A DNA stretch of 64,000 bases, taken from the IMG/VR virus record IMGVR_UViG_3300044846_005309, positions 1-64,000 of that record; one strand, given 5' to 3'. The stretch is from a virus. How positions within the stretch are numbered: the first letter of the stretch is position 1; each line of letters starts with the position of its first letter. The notes under the pieces are model-generated. The model searched no databases, was not told the origin of the DNA, and saw nothing but the letters and a program-made list of their open reading frames with translations. The position numbers and the translations under genes are program-made. Positions 28,517-38,449 of this stretch are shown here, piece by piece.

Positions 28517-29395
28517 ATGGCGACGAATACTATTGGCCCTTCTGCATTTTTATCTACAAATTTAAACTCTCGCATAACATCATATGATTTGCTTGCTGAA
28601 AGAATATTTTTTCAGCTAGGGGCGCCATTAATTAATTTAGAAGTAGCTTGTGTCGCTACATATGACTCTATTGCATATGCCTGTGAAATGTACTCTCGAT
28701 TTGTGCCAGGCACAGAAGAGCTTTTAGTGTTTAGTAGTGATTTGTACACTTACGGGAAAGGTATAAAGATAGATACATTAATAAACAGTACTTTAAACCC
28801 GGAAGTTTCGGCTTTGAGTTCTACTTTTCAGTCTGGCTGGGATCAAGATTTAGAGACATGGAGAAAAGTACAAGACGTTACTTCTTTCTCTGTAGGCACT
28901 AATGAAGGTGTTAATACCCTGTTTACAATAGAACAATCATTAGCTCAACAAATGCATTTTGCGTACTCTTTAGGTAGTAAAGCATTTGATGTAATTTCGT
29001 GGCATATCTTAAAAGACTGGCTGAAGACACGTGAAAAAGTCTTCGCGATGCAACCTTATTTTAGATTTGATCCACGTACTCAAGTATTACGTATTACTCC
29101 AGATCCTGCTGCGCGAGGGAAAGACCGTTATTGGGCTATAATTGCATGCAAATTAGAGCGTCCTATTAAAGATCTAGTAAAAGAACGCTGGGTGTTTGAA
29201 TATGCTAAAGCTTTAGTTAAAATATCACTAGCTAATACGCGCGGTAAGTATCAAGGTACTGCATTATTTGGTTCAGGTACTATAGCCTATCAGGACTTAA
29301 TGTCTCAGGGTACTACTGAGAAAAAAGAATTAGAAGAACAGTTATTGAACGGCAAACAAGAAGATCAAGAGCCTCCAATGTTCTTTATGGGGTAA
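28517..29395 (+). CDS. gp13: Neck protein (T4 gp13-like)
   Basis: 'QLGAPLINLEV', 'WVFEYAKALVK...RGKYQGTALFGSGTI', C-terminal 'PPMFFMG'; TAAATA at 28503. Confidence 0.9.
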   Translation: MATNTIGPSAFLSTNLNSRITSYDLLAERIFFQLGAPLINLEVACVATYDSIAYACEMYSRFVPGTEELLVFSSDLYTYGKGIKIDTLINSTLNPEVSALSSTFQSGWDQDLETWRKVQDVTSFSVGTNEGVNTLFTIEQSLAQQMHFAYSLGSKAFDVISWHILKDWLKTREKVFAMQPYFRFDPRTQVLRITPDPAARGKDRYWAIIACKLERPIKDLVKERWVFEYAKALVKISLANTRGKYQGTALFGSGTIAYQDLMSQGTTEKKELEEQLLNGKQEDQEPPMFFMG

Positions 29396-31216
29396 TTATG
29401 CTGTTGGTAATGCACTAGCCGGGCCTCCAGCTGGTTGCGGGCCAGCTGCTGGTGCACCAGCTTCAGCACCACCTGCAGGAGCGCCTCCTTCAGGGGCACC
29501 AGCTTCAGGTCCCGGGGTGCCACCAGACGGGCCTGGTCCGAATGAAGGTATACCCCCGCCGCCGCCCGGCATAGCAGGTGCACCACCGCCACCAGGAGCT
29601 GCTCCGCCACCAGCAGTTAAGCCCTCTCGCCAGTTCGGTCCAGCATTAGTAATTTGATTAAGTTCAAATACAAATGCAGCATCTTTCTTCTGCCACTCTC
29701 TATTAGCTTTAACTTCTTCGTCAGTCCAGCCCATGAACTTTTTCAATGCGTAAGTCTTAGATACTGCTTCAGTACCAGTTAAATCAGAGAAAGATTTAAA
29801 CTTAAGCTCTTCAATTTGAGCCTCTCTTGCTACATGGAAATAAGAAGGAGGGTTAAGTGTAATACTAACATCTGACTCTCTAAGTTTATATTGATCCCAA
29901 AGGCCTTTTAACTTTAAATGTGTAATGAAGGTTTCTTTGATAGTTGAAGCAAACTGACGCTGTAATCTAATAATAAGCTTAGCAAATTTAAGTTCTTCTC
30001 TAAGAATTTCTGCACCATCAGCAAATTTAGTTTCAGGATTAAGACGGCTTGTAGGTACTCTTAATGCTTTATAGAGTTTGTTAACAAAATAGTTAAGATC
30101 ATCTAGCTGACCTAAATTTTGGCCTCCCGCTAAAGTGGTTACATCGGTGCCGGAGCCATCTGGGCGTTTAGCAAACCAATAACTATCTAACATGCTCTGC
30201 GGGTCGTAAACATTAATAGAATTACCTTGTGTAGAATCATATGTTCTACGAGACCAGTAGGACTGCATTAAGCGTTTAATATAAGCTTCTGCCTTAGGGG
30301 CAGGCATATTACCTACGTCTACTTTAAATACTAAACGCTCTGGCGCTCTTACTAAACGATAAACAACAATACTATCTTCAATAAGAGAAAGTTGCTTATA
30401 TGCTCTACGAGCTATTTCTATATAAGGAAGACGAATAGTTTTGTGCTCATTCCAGGTGCCAGAATGAAAATAAGTTACTTGATGGCGGTCTAAAGGTATA
30501 AGTTCTTGTTTAGCGGTGTAACGATTATTTGTAGAAGTGTCAATTACAGGTTTACGTAGCATAAACCCCTTTATTAACATGTTTTGTACGTTATCGTAAA
30601 TAGGGTTAATGTGCTCAGTGGGAATTTGAACTACCCCAATAACACCTGCGTCTTTTTTCTTCTCATTAATTACATTCTCAAAAAAGAGCTCAGCATCTAT
30701 CAATATAGCTCTAAAATATTCAAATCCCTTATTTTCGAGATTAAACATTTCTACAATCTGACTAAAATTTTTCTGTAATTCTTTTACAATAATTTCATCT
30801 TTGCTATCTGCAACTTTTAAATTAGCGTACTTACCTCTTTCGTCTTTTACTAGCATTTCATCGCAAATTTCATCTAGAGCAGCACTAATTTCTGCATAAG
30901 AAGCCATAATACGATAATCCGCTAGTCTTTTTGGTTTATCGGTATCAATTAAAGCGTAAAGAAAATCATGATAGGATTTATTAATAACAATACCATCTAA
31001 AGTAGGTATGTTAACGTTATTTTTGTCGTGAGATGTTGAAACTGCTTGGTTATAAAGCTTTTCTTTAGCAGAAGAACTTACCTGATAGAAGGTTTCAAAT
31101 TTAGGGTTAAGACTTTTAATATCCGTAATAACCTGTGTATTACTTGTATAAGGAAGCTTACTTACAAAGCTATCAAAAGCTTTAGTAAAAAAATTAGGTT
31201 TTACGTCGTCGGCCAT
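29396..31216 (-). CDS. gp20: Portal protein (T4 gp20-like) with a Gly/Pro/Ala-rich C-terminal tail
   Basis: 'QLSLIEDSIVVYRLVRAPERLVFKVDVGNMP', 'TLAGGQNLGQLDD', 'REELKF'. Confidence 0.97.
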   Translation of the reverse strand: MADDVKPNFFTKAFDSFVSKLPYTSNTQVITDIKSLNPKFETFYQVSSSAKEKLYNQAVSTSHDKNNVNIPTLDGIVINKSYHDFLYALIDTDKPKRLADYRIMASYAEISAALDEICDEMLVKDERGKYANLKVADSKDEIIVKELQKNFSQIVEMFNLENKGFEYFRAILIDAELFFENVINEKKKDAGVIGVVQIPTEHINPIYDNVQNMLIKGFMLRKPVIDTSTNNRYTAKQELIPLDRHQVTYFHSGTWNEHKTIRLPYIEIARRAYKQLSLIEDSIVVYRLVRAPERLVFKVDVGNMPAPKAEAYIKRLMQSYWSRRTYDSTQGNSINVYDPQSMLDSYWFAKRPDGSGTDVTTLAGGQNLGQLDDLNYFVNKLYKALRVPTSRLNPETKFADGAEILREELKFAKLIIRLQRQFASTIKETFITHLKLKGLWDQYKLRESDVSITLNPPSYFHVAREAQIEELKFKSFSDLTGTEAVSKTYALKKFMGWTDEEVKANREWQKKDAAFVFELNQITNAGPNWREGLTAGGGAAPGGGGAPAMPGGGGGIPSFGPGPSGGTPGPEAGAPEGGAPAGGAEAGAPAAGPQPAGGPASALPTA

Positions 31217-31307
31217 TTAGAATATTTACAATTACGTTCTTATTATAAACTATATTTTTAATATTACCAATTCTTAATTGCTAATTTAATTTATGTTATG
31301 TTTATTG

Positions 31308-32150
31308 TTAAGTAGTGGTAGGGGTAGGGGTTGTGGTAGAGGTAGGCGATGGGGTAGGGGTTAAGGTTGTAGTAGTACTAGGGGTTGGAGTGGTAGTCGG
31401 TGTTGTAGTATTAGTAGGTGTTACTGTAGGTGTTGGGGTAGGGGATGGAGACGGAAAAAACCATTTATTAATTAAGTACTGAGAAGATTCTTGTATTTCA
31501 AGTGTTGTTAAAATTCTGTTATACACTAATACTTCAAATATATCCCCGACAAATGATCCTTTTGCAGGTAATAAACCACCAACTCCAAAATAACCTTGGT
31601 CTTTAGTAAGAGAAAAATTCCCTGTAAGAGTTGAATTAGTATAAAACTCTCCTGAATTAGCTGAAGTGAAAGTAGAGCTTATAACATAAGGCTTATCCAG
31701 CTCCATTGCGCTAGTAGATTGAGTAGTTACTGTTCCGCCATAAGTACCCCAGTTAGTAAAGCTTAAATCATTATTATTATCAGTTATAGCTAATATTGTA
31801 GCTCCGCATCTGTTATAATTATACCATGAACTATACAGCCCCATCCATGTATTGTTCCAAGCCGGGCCACCTCGGCGTGCGCAAATTAATACGGTTAAAT
31901 TTGTATAATTAAGATAATTTAAAATATTTCTTGGTGTTAAAACCCCAGTTTTAAACCGAAAAGCCGGTTTATCATATAAAGCATCGTATTTAAGAATACA
32001 ATCATACCCGTCAATACCATACCACCCTGCTGAATCAACAGTGTCTGGTAAAAACGCACCCACTATATTTTGTCCATCAACAAACTGCCCTGAATTTTGT
32101 ACATACTGGGCGTCTAATTGATTAACTAATCCTTGAGTTACTAAAGGCAT
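31308..32150 (-). CDS. LamG/concanavalin-A-like lectin-fold virion protein with a C-terminal Pro/Thr tail
   Basis: 'LVTQGLVNQLDA', 'FVGDIFEVLVYNRILT..EI...YLINKW', then (PT/TT)n. Confidence 0.75.
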   Translation of the reverse strand: MPLVTQGLVNQLDAQYVQNSGQFVDGQNIVGAFLPDTVDSAGWYGIDGYDCILKYDALYDKPAFRFKTGVLTPRNILNYLNYTNLTVLICARRGGPAWNNTWMGLYSSWYNYNRCGATILAITDNNNDLSFTNWGTYGGTVTTQSTSAMELDKPYVISSTFTSANSGEFYTNSTLTGNFSLTKDQGYFGVGGLLPAKGSFVGDIFEVLVYNRILTTLEIQESSQYLINKWFFPSPSPTPTPTVTPTNTTTPTTTPTPSTTTTLTPTPSPTSTTTPTPTTT

Positions 32151-32153
32151 AAA

Positions 32154-33266
32154 TTAAACAACTTGTATACCCGACACATAAGGGTATTGTGTGGTAAAAT
32201 TGGGGTTATATGAACCAGTTGATAATTTTGTATAGCCAGCGTCGTTAACAACTATAATATCAAAAAAGCCTGTTGCGCTTGGAGCTTGGTAAGTTATAGT
32301 CATTTTATTATCACTAACCACGTAATAATCTAGCGCTGCTGCTACCCCTGTTAAGGCTGGGTACGAGGCTGAGAGACTAGTTGAAGCTGAAAAAGGATTA
32401 ATAGTGGTTGTGTTTGCGAACATACCTGAACTACCGCTGAGATATACATTATTAGTATGGGTGTACATATCTCCATATATCTCTACTGTACCTGATAGAG
32501 ATCTTGGCGCAAACCAAGTTGAGCTATACGCTACAACAGGAACAGCTGAAATAGTAAAAGATTCAGTTAATTCAGGATTGACTAAATAATCTATATTTTG
32601 CGGGGTAGGTGTACCCGAAACAGGGTAAAAATTTGTATCAATTTTAAATATTCTACCTACAGGGTTTGCATCATACTTAAATAGCCACCCCTTAATTGTG
32701 AAGCTTGTGTCGCAAATAACTCGAGTCGGTTGAGTGCTTTGCTGTTCAATGGGGTAAGTCATTGCAAGACTGCCACTCCATAAAACTTCTGAGCGTATTT
32801 CTAGACCCGGCATTCCATCTCTTGTCCACGAAATAATAAAATAAGGGTCGCTATATGGAACAAAATTACTAAGAATTTGATCCATATCTGTTTGAAATCT
32901 AGTTAATATACTAACGCTAACTTCTATGTTAACCGGGACCGGTTGTAAGTTTTTATCTGAAAAACTAGTATTATAAACAGAAGTAGTAGTATTAGTCCAA
33001 TATTGCCCTTCAAGTTTATTAAAAACTCTATTATTATCTCTACTTATAGCTGTAATCCAAAAAGAAATAGCCGGTAAGGTAATATGCTGCGCTTTGTTAA
33101 CTAAATCATGCAACACTCTCTGCTTAGGGGCATACACATATCTAACAGCGACGTTATTACCAGCAACGCGTGCATTATCATACCGTTTTACTATAGCCCC
33201 GTCAAAGGCCTGTAAAAATTGGGTTAATAAATCCTTTACTTCCCAGTGAAATGTATACTTCTGCAC
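32154..33266 (-). CDS. gp15: Tail sheath stabiliser/completion protein (T4 gp15-like) with a C-terminal extension
   Basis: 'YAPKQR', 'TLPAISF', 'QPVPVNI', 'DMDQIL', 'FTIKGWLF'; GTG start with TAAGTA upstream. Confidence 0.85.
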   Translation of the reverse strand: MQKYTFHWEVKDLLTQFLQAFDGAIVKRYDNARVAGNNVAVRYVYAPKQRVLHDLVNKAQHITLPAISFWITAISRDNNRVFNKLEGQYWTNTTTSVYNTSFSDKNLQPVPVNIEVSVSILTRFQTDMDQILSNFVPYSDPYFIISWTRDGMPGLEIRSEVLWSGSLAMTYPIEQQSTQPTRVICDTSFTIKGWLFKYDANPVGRIFKIDTNFYPVSGTPTPQNIDYLVNPELTESFTISAVPVVAYSSTWFAPRSLSGTVEIYGDMYTHTNNVYLSGSSGMFANTTTINPFSASTSLSASYPALTGVAAALDYYVVSDNKMTITYQAPSATGFFDIIVVNDAGYTKLSTGSYNPNFTTQYPYVSGIQVV

Positions 33267-33274
33267 ATTATTAC

Positions 33275-34882
33275 TTACATTATACGGTCTAAGAAGTGTT
33301 TAGGTAAAATATGTCTATTTTCTATAATAGTTTTAGCTGAAACACCATCTAATATATAGGTTATACTTTCATCCTCTGCACTTCGTGTGCACCGACCACA
33401 AGCTTGAATAAGAGAGATAAACATTTTCATTTTATACCATTTTGGATCTACTTCGAAGAGTTTTTTTATTCTCTTACTTGCTAAAGACGGATACGGCATC
33501 TTTATAATAACTTGCCATTTACCTAAATCCCCTTTAAGATCTAGACCCATAGTAAGAGAAGGACTTACGAGAACGGTATCGTCCTTACGAATGCCGTGTT
33601 CTTTAATAATAGTTTCGTTAGTAGTACCTTCTTCTCTGTATAAAAAGCGTTTACCCTTAAGCCTCTTTTGCACAGCTTGGGTAATATTGAAAGAATGAGT
33701 ATGTATAATACCCTTCTCGCCTTTATGACTTTCAGCGATAGTGTGTGCAATTTCAACTACATTAGGTAGGTGAGTATCTAGAGTTTTGTAATTAAGAGGG
33801 TATTTGCTATGACAATAAATAGGGCTCTTCTTAGGATCAAAAGTAGAGTCAAACTCAACATACTCAAAATCTTTAATACCTAATGTTTTTGCAAAAATAT
33901 TCTTATCTACTATAGTCGCGCTCATCAATACAATAACGTCCGCGTAATCAAACAAACAATGTGTAAGAGTGTCAATTTTAAGCGGTGTAAAGATAGCTTT
34001 TTCCACGTCTTTTTCAATTATATACTGAGTTTTATCCCAATGATCAATAATGTTAATAATTGACTCGTAAAGGTCCTTTCTAAACTGCTGTTTAATAAGT
34101 TCTATTTTATTATTTTCATATCGAGCGCGTCCTTTATGCGCTTCAATAACTTCTTTTACAGACTCAGCAAGATCAGTCAACCAACCAAGCGCTTTAGCAG
34201 GCGTTTCACTAGTTAATTTATCATATTCAATTCCATTAACAGTTAATCGCTTGTAATCAATAACAGCTGAGTAGTATTTTACTATTTCGTCTTCTAGCTC
34301 TGAACATTCGTCTGCAACAATTATTTGTCGCTTTTTAAGATGGTCAGGTAGATTAAAAAATGAAGCGTAATTTAGTACCGTGAAGTTTTCAATTAATGCG
34401 CTATTACGCGCTTCATAGTACGGACAGCAATGTTGATCCCAGCATTCTTTTTTCTGCGCTGGAGCAATCAAACACGGAGCGTGCTCTGTAGTAAAGCTAG
34501 TATCGACTTCACACTGGTAATTACTCTTACCTTTAAAAATAGAAGACTCATTAAATAAGTCTTTATACTGATTCTGCAATGCTTTAGTGGTAGTAAGAGC
34601 AAACAGCCCGTGAGACGGCAACTTCGCTATAGCTCCAGCGTAGTCTTCGTCATAAGCATGGTAATTAAATACTAGCTGCTCATAATCTTTATGACAGCAA
34701 TTAGTAGTATTTGAAAGCGTCTTACTAATAAACGACTTACCTGAACCAGTCGGTGCTTGAACTATAATAAATTTTGCGCCTTTATTGACAGCGGCTTCTA
34801 TTTTTTCTAAGCCCTGTACCTGGTGGCTCCTTGGTGTAAAGCCGGCAGGAAAATACTCTATCAAAGGCTTAGTAAGTTTCAT
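33275..34882 (-). CDS. DinG/Rad3-like SF2 helicase with Fe-S cysteines
   Basis: 'QAPTGSGKS', Cys cluster ending 'CPYY', 'DECS', 'MSAT', 'QACGRCTRS'. Confidence 0.88.
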   Translation of the reverse strand: MKLTKPLIEYFPAGFTPRSHQVQGLEKIEAAVNKGAKFIIVQAPTGSGKSFISKTLSNTTNCCHKDYEQLVFNYHAYDEDYAGAIAKLPSHGLFALTTTKALQNQYKDLFNESSIFKGKSNYQCEVDTSFTTEHAPCLIAPAQKKECWDQHCCPYYEARNSALIENFTVLNYASFFNLPDHLKKRQIIVADECSELEDEIVKYYSAVIDYKRLTVNGIEYDKLTSETPAKALGWLTDLAESVKEVIEAHKGRARYENNKIELIKQQFRKDLYESIINIIDHWDKTQYIIEKDVEKAIFTPLKIDTLTHCLFDYADVIVLMSATIVDKNIFAKTLGIKDFEYVEFDSTFDPKKSPIYCHSKYPLNYKTLDTHLPNVVEIAHTIAESHKGEKGIIHTHSFNITQAVQKRLKGKRFLYREEGTTNETIIKEHGIRKDDTVLVSPSLTMGLDLKGDLGKWQVIIKMPYPSLASKRIKKLFEVDPKWYKMKMFISLIQACGRCTRSAEDESITYILDGVSAKTIIENRHILPKHFLDRIM

Positions 34883-34910
34883 CAGCCTTACATAATAGAG
34901 TAGGTTACAA

Positions 34911-35246
34911 TTAATTCAATTTATTAATTGCAAGTACTGCGTTATAAAATTTGCTGTTTTTAATTTTCGATGTTGATTTTAAATTTACCAGTAATTCAAA
35001 ATCTTGCTCAGCTAAAGTTTCAAGCCGATAATCAAAAATAATTTGATTATTTTTTTCTTCTAGAGCAAAAGGAAACGGCACTTCAAAAGTTTCTCTCTTT
35101 TTTTCAGTGTTAACAATAAAAGCAATGTAACAGCCAGACAAACGATAATTGATAAGCTTACCTTTTTTGTAGGGTTTGTTTTTTAAAGAAAATATTACAT
35201 CTTTAAGAAAGTAAGGTTTAATAGCTTTATCTAAATTATCATACAT
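34911..35246 (-). CDS. Hypothetical protein
   Basis: 111-aa ORF in an operon. Confidence 0.7.
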   Translation of the reverse strand: MYDNLDKAIKPYFLKDVIFSLKNKPYKKGKLINYRLSGCYIAFIVNTEKKRETFEVPFPFALEEKNNQIIFDYRLETLAEQDFELLVNLKSTSKIKNSKFYNAVLAINKLN

Positions 35247-35247
35247 A

Positions 35248-35631
35248 TTATTTGTCCATAAACTGTTGTTTATCAGTTGCAGACATCTTACTTAATACCT
35301 CACTGAAGTATTTCCAGAACTCATCCGGAGGGGTTGTCGGTATAACACTAACCACCTCTACGGATTCTGAAGGTACTAGCCTGTAATCTTGCATAAATAT
35401 ATCCCATGTCAGTACTAATCCTTTTTGTTGAGGATTAAACTTAAGTCTACCTGAAGCAGGTTTAAAATTTAATGCTACTCTCCCTTCTGTACTATTTAAG
35501 AGTAAAGTATCATTAGTTGCAAGCATTCTACGGGTAGGGGGTGAGCCGGCAATAGGACGACGCCGTAGAAATCTAAGTTCTACGGCGTTTTTATTAAGTA
35601 AAGCTGTTAAAGCTGTTTGGGATACTCTCAT
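35248..35631 (-). CDS. Hypothetical protein, possible WYL-like/SH3 barrel
   Basis: 'VELRF.R...RRMLATN...LTWDI...YR' pattern. Confidence 0.6.
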   Translation of the reverse strand: MRVSQTALTALLNKNAVELRFLRRRPIAGSPPTRRMLATNDTLLLNSTEGRVALNFKPASGRLKFNPQQKGLVLTWDIFMQDYRLVPSESVEVVSVIPTTPPDEFWKYFSEVLSKMSATDKQQFMDK

Positions 35632-36083
35632 TTAGTTTCTTCAGGCTCAGCAACACCAAAAATACGGTCTTCGTTTAAGAAGACGATATGTCTAAGATTA
35701 TTTATGTTGCTAGCCTTTAGACCAAATGTGCTCGGAAAAATAACGTGCTGGCCTGGTTTAACTTTAGCACGAGGACCTGCTAAAAGCACTTTTGCAACAC
35801 GCCAAGCTTGCTGAGTAACATTGATAGGTACAAAAATCCCGCCACGCATAATTTGCGTGCCATCTTCGTTAGTATCAGCAAATTGACACATTAAAATGTC
35901 GTCTAATACAGCGGTCAAGCGCCAACTAGCAAGATTAAGATCACTACCGGTATAGTCCTCGAGTCGCACCATACCTTTAGTCAAATTAGTACCCACGTCT
36001 TCATAAGCCTGAAACGCTTTTTCGCGATCAGACTTACTCATATCTTTTGTTGCTTTTTCTAAAGCGATTTCACTTTTTTTCAT
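35628..36083 (-). CDS. GroES-like co-chaperonin (gp31 analogue)
   Basis: 'GGIFVP...AKVLLAGP...VKPGQHVIF...FLNEDRIFGV'. Confidence 0.8.
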   Translation of the reverse strand: MKKSEIALEKATKDMSKSDREKAFQAYEDVGTNLTKGMVRLEDYTGSDLNLASWRLTAVLDDILMCQFADTNEDGTQIMRGGIFVPINVTQQAWRVAKVLLAGPRAKVKPGQHVIFPSTFGLKASNINNLRHIVFLNEDRIFGVAEPEETK

Positions 36084-36456
36084 TTGGTAAATTTAAATTA
36101 AATTGTTCTATATACAAACTTACCTCTCTACTGGAAATTTCAAGATTGTTAGCAACTTTTTGTATAGTTTGTTTTTGTACGGATTTACTTTCAGTATCTT
36201 TCTTCTTCTTTATGTAATTAATACGTTTAAATCTAGTTTTAGGTACAACACTATGTAGATAGTTAAACCATTCAGAATTACTCTGTAACGTAGACCAATG
36301 AACATTGCTTGTCTGGTTAAGCAATACAGTTACTTCAGGGGAGTACATACTGCACCATCGCTGCACCAGATACGGCTGAAATTCAGAGTTTTCATCTAAA
36401 TTAGCCGTATCTGGAGTCTTAGTTTTAAATAAAATCTTATTTAAAAAATCAAACAT
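36070..36456 (-). CDS. gp62: Clamp loader small subunit (T4 gp62-like)
   Basis: 'MFDFLN...FQPYLVQRWCS...YL...VPK.RF...YIKK...ISSREV..Y'. Confidence 0.75.
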   Translation of the reverse strand: MFDFLNKILFKTKTPDTANLDENSEFQPYLVQRWCSMYSPEVTVLLNQTSNVHWSTLQSNSEWFNYLHSVVPKTRFKRINYIKKKKDTESKSVQKQTIQKVANNLEISSREVSLYIEQFNLNLPNEKK

Positions 36457-37037
36457 TAAACGATAACTTTAGTGGTAGCAATAAAAATATTATCTACCAT
36501 GCTATAAAACTGATGCATTACTTCATTTTGGAATTTTACGGTCTGTTCGGGAGAGAGGTTAGTACTAAATGCAAAGGCGGGGGCCTTTTTACCTGCAAGA
36601 ATGTTAATACCGGTATGACCGATAGCTACATTTTCTTTAGAATAGGTAATGCTCACAGATGCTTTGCCTTTAGTCTGATGAATACCTCCTTGATTATGAT
36701 CTGCATGGATCATGATATCGTCTCCTTTCATCTCAATAGTCTTATTGATTTGCTTATAAAGAATATTAGCAATAGAAGTGTTAAACAGTCGCTGAAAGCA
36801 TACAGCCCCAAAAGGATCTAGGTTAGGGATCTCCCAGCAAAAATTTACCATAGATTCGCTATAAATGTAATCTTTTTCGAGTGAATCCTCTAAGTCAATA
36901 AGATTCAAAGTAACTTCTACTGGAGCTACAAAAGAAACAATATTACCAATAGGTAGAGTCTTGTCTCTAAAATACTTGTAAGCAAAACGCTTATGAATAA
37001 AAGAACCGTCGTATATTTTTTGATCGTTAATAATCAT
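36456..37037 (-). CDS. DUF366-like protein
   Basis: 'YDGS', 'IDLED', 'FQRL', 'GDDI', 'KASVSI', 'HTGINI'. Confidence 0.7.
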   Translation of the reverse strand: MIINDQKIYDGSFIHKRFAYKYFRDKTLPIGNIVSFVAPVEVTLNLIDLEDSLEKDYIYSESMVNFCWEIPNLDPFGAVCFQRLFNTSIANILYKQINKTIEMKGDDIMIHADHNQGGIHQTKGKASVSITYSKENVAIGHTGINILAGKKAPAFAFSTNLSPEQTVKFQNEVMHQFYSMVDNIFIATTKVIV

Positions 37038-37052
37038 AGTGATATTATACTA

Positions 37053-37739
37053 TTAAATTAAATATTTTCCATTCTTAACTTTGTCTAAAAACCATACTTG
37101 GCCTGAAAGCCATTCATCAGTAAAAGAGCGAAGACCGTGAGAGTTATGTACAACGTTTATGTCTACTGTACCTAATTTTAATTTTTTGCTGTTACACGTT
37201 AAGCTAAAATCTATATCGTAAAAATGAGCTACGCAAGGGTTAGATTCATCGAAAAATGCCCCGGCTTGATACACTCGCTTAGAATTAAAAGCTAGAAATA
37301 GCCCATCAAGTATAAGAACTCTTCCGTGTTTACCAAAATAGGTAACAAATGTACCGCTGCCTCCGTCTGATACATGACTAACTTTACCTCTATGGTCTTC
37401 TTTAGAGCTCATTAGGTGCCACAGACACGGCTCAGAAATTTTTGCACTTGAAGTGCCTGCTAGACCGATTACATCATATTTTTCTAAATTGTTATTTATT
37501 TTTTCTAACCACCCCTCATCGTTTATCAAAACATCATCATGAACAAATACAACATTATAGTCTTCGTCTTTTATCCACTCATTATATTTTTTAGGTAGAG
37601 GTTTTGTATTAGAAAATATCTTTACGCACTCTATTTCTTTCAAACGCGGAGATTTTAAAATATGATATTTACCGTATCTCTCATTAAGTTCTTTTTCGTT
37701 CAAAACTTGAGAACAAAACACTAAAACTGTTTTTTTCAT
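37053..37739 (-). CDS. GT-A fold glycosyltransferase-like protein
   Basis: 'VFVHDDV', 'VIGLAG', 'LDGLFLA', 'HFYDIDFSL', 'VVHNSHG'. Confidence 0.8.
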   Translation of the reverse strand: MKKTVLVFCSQVLNEKELNERYGKYHILKSPRLKEIECVKIFSNTKPLPKKYNEWIKDEDYNVVFVHDDVLINDEGWLEKINNNLEKYDVIGLAGTSSAKISEPCLWHLMSSKEDHRGKVSHVSDGGSGTFVTYFGKHGRVLILDGLFLAFNSKRVYQAGAFFDESNPCVAHFYDIDFSLTCNSKKLKLGTVDINVVHNSHGLRSFTDEWLSGQVWFLDKVKNGKYLI

Positions 37740-38008
37740 TAATCGGTAATAATATCGCTTTGAGGTAAATTAGAAAATTTTTCGCAAAGAAGTGCGGTAA
37801 TCTTATCAGGTACAATAGGTGTGTCTTTATAAAGATAGATATTATGCAAATTGGGTTTATCGAATTTAACATTAAGACTTTCAGCTAAATTTACCATTTT
37901 AATTCTTTGAGCATCAGTATGTTCTGAGCATACGTCGGTGCCTGCAGTAAACAGCAAAGACTCTATAATTAATTGGACTTCTTCTAAATTAAAATTAATA
38001 CTCTTCAT
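37739..38008 (-). CDS. Hypothetical protein
   Basis: 89-aa ORF translationally coupled to the GT gene. Confidence 0.65.
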   Translation of the reverse strand: MKSINFNLEEVQLIIESLLFTAGTDVCSEHTDAQRIKMVNLAESLNVKFDKPNLHNIYLYKDTPIVPDKITALLCEKFSNLPQSDIITD

Positions 38009-38042
38009 TTCAAGAGTATTTTAAAATATAATTTTATTAAAT

Positions 38043-38441
38043 CTACTTACTTTTTTTAACCGGTGCAGGGTTAGTCACATTAACCTGATCGAGTTTTTCT
38101 AATACTTGTTGTAACAATTCATCGTGTTTATTAGATGTAAAATGTATAACAAGAGAAGTAAGACTGGATAATAAAGCAGCTACGACTACTGCTTTAAACT
38201 GCCAAGACAAATTTGTGCTCTCTAAATTAGTTTTTTTTATGTTGTCCACGCTTTCGGTTAAATCGTTTAATTGTGCAGTAAGTTTAACATCTAAATGAGA
38301 TATTTCATTATGAAGAGTTGCAACCTGTTGTATAAGACTTGGTTGACCATTACCGTCCCGTACTAATTTGCTAATAGTTTGGAGTTCACTTTTTACGTTA
38401 ACTATATCTCTATTAATATAATCAATTGCTTCATTACCCAT
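38043..38441 (-). CDS. Coiled-coil protein with one transmembrane segment (late; holin-like candidate)
   Basis: 'WQFKAVVVAALLSSLTSLVIHF'; TAAATA just upstream of the ATG. Confidence 0.6.
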   Translation of the reverse strand: MGNEAIDYINRDIVNVKSELQTISKLVRDGNGQPSLIQQVATLHNEISHLDVKLTAQLNDLTESVDNIKKTNLESTNLSWQFKAVVVAALLSSLTSLVIHFTSNKHDELLQQVLEKLDQVNVTNPAPVKKSK

Positions 38442-38449
38442 ACATATAT

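Noticed and set aside
31217-31307. AT-rich gap before gp20 as an ncRNA or tRNA
   Set aside because: No convincing stem or cloverleaf, only a late promoter. I recognised no tRNA or rRNA anywhere in the window, though no scan was run.
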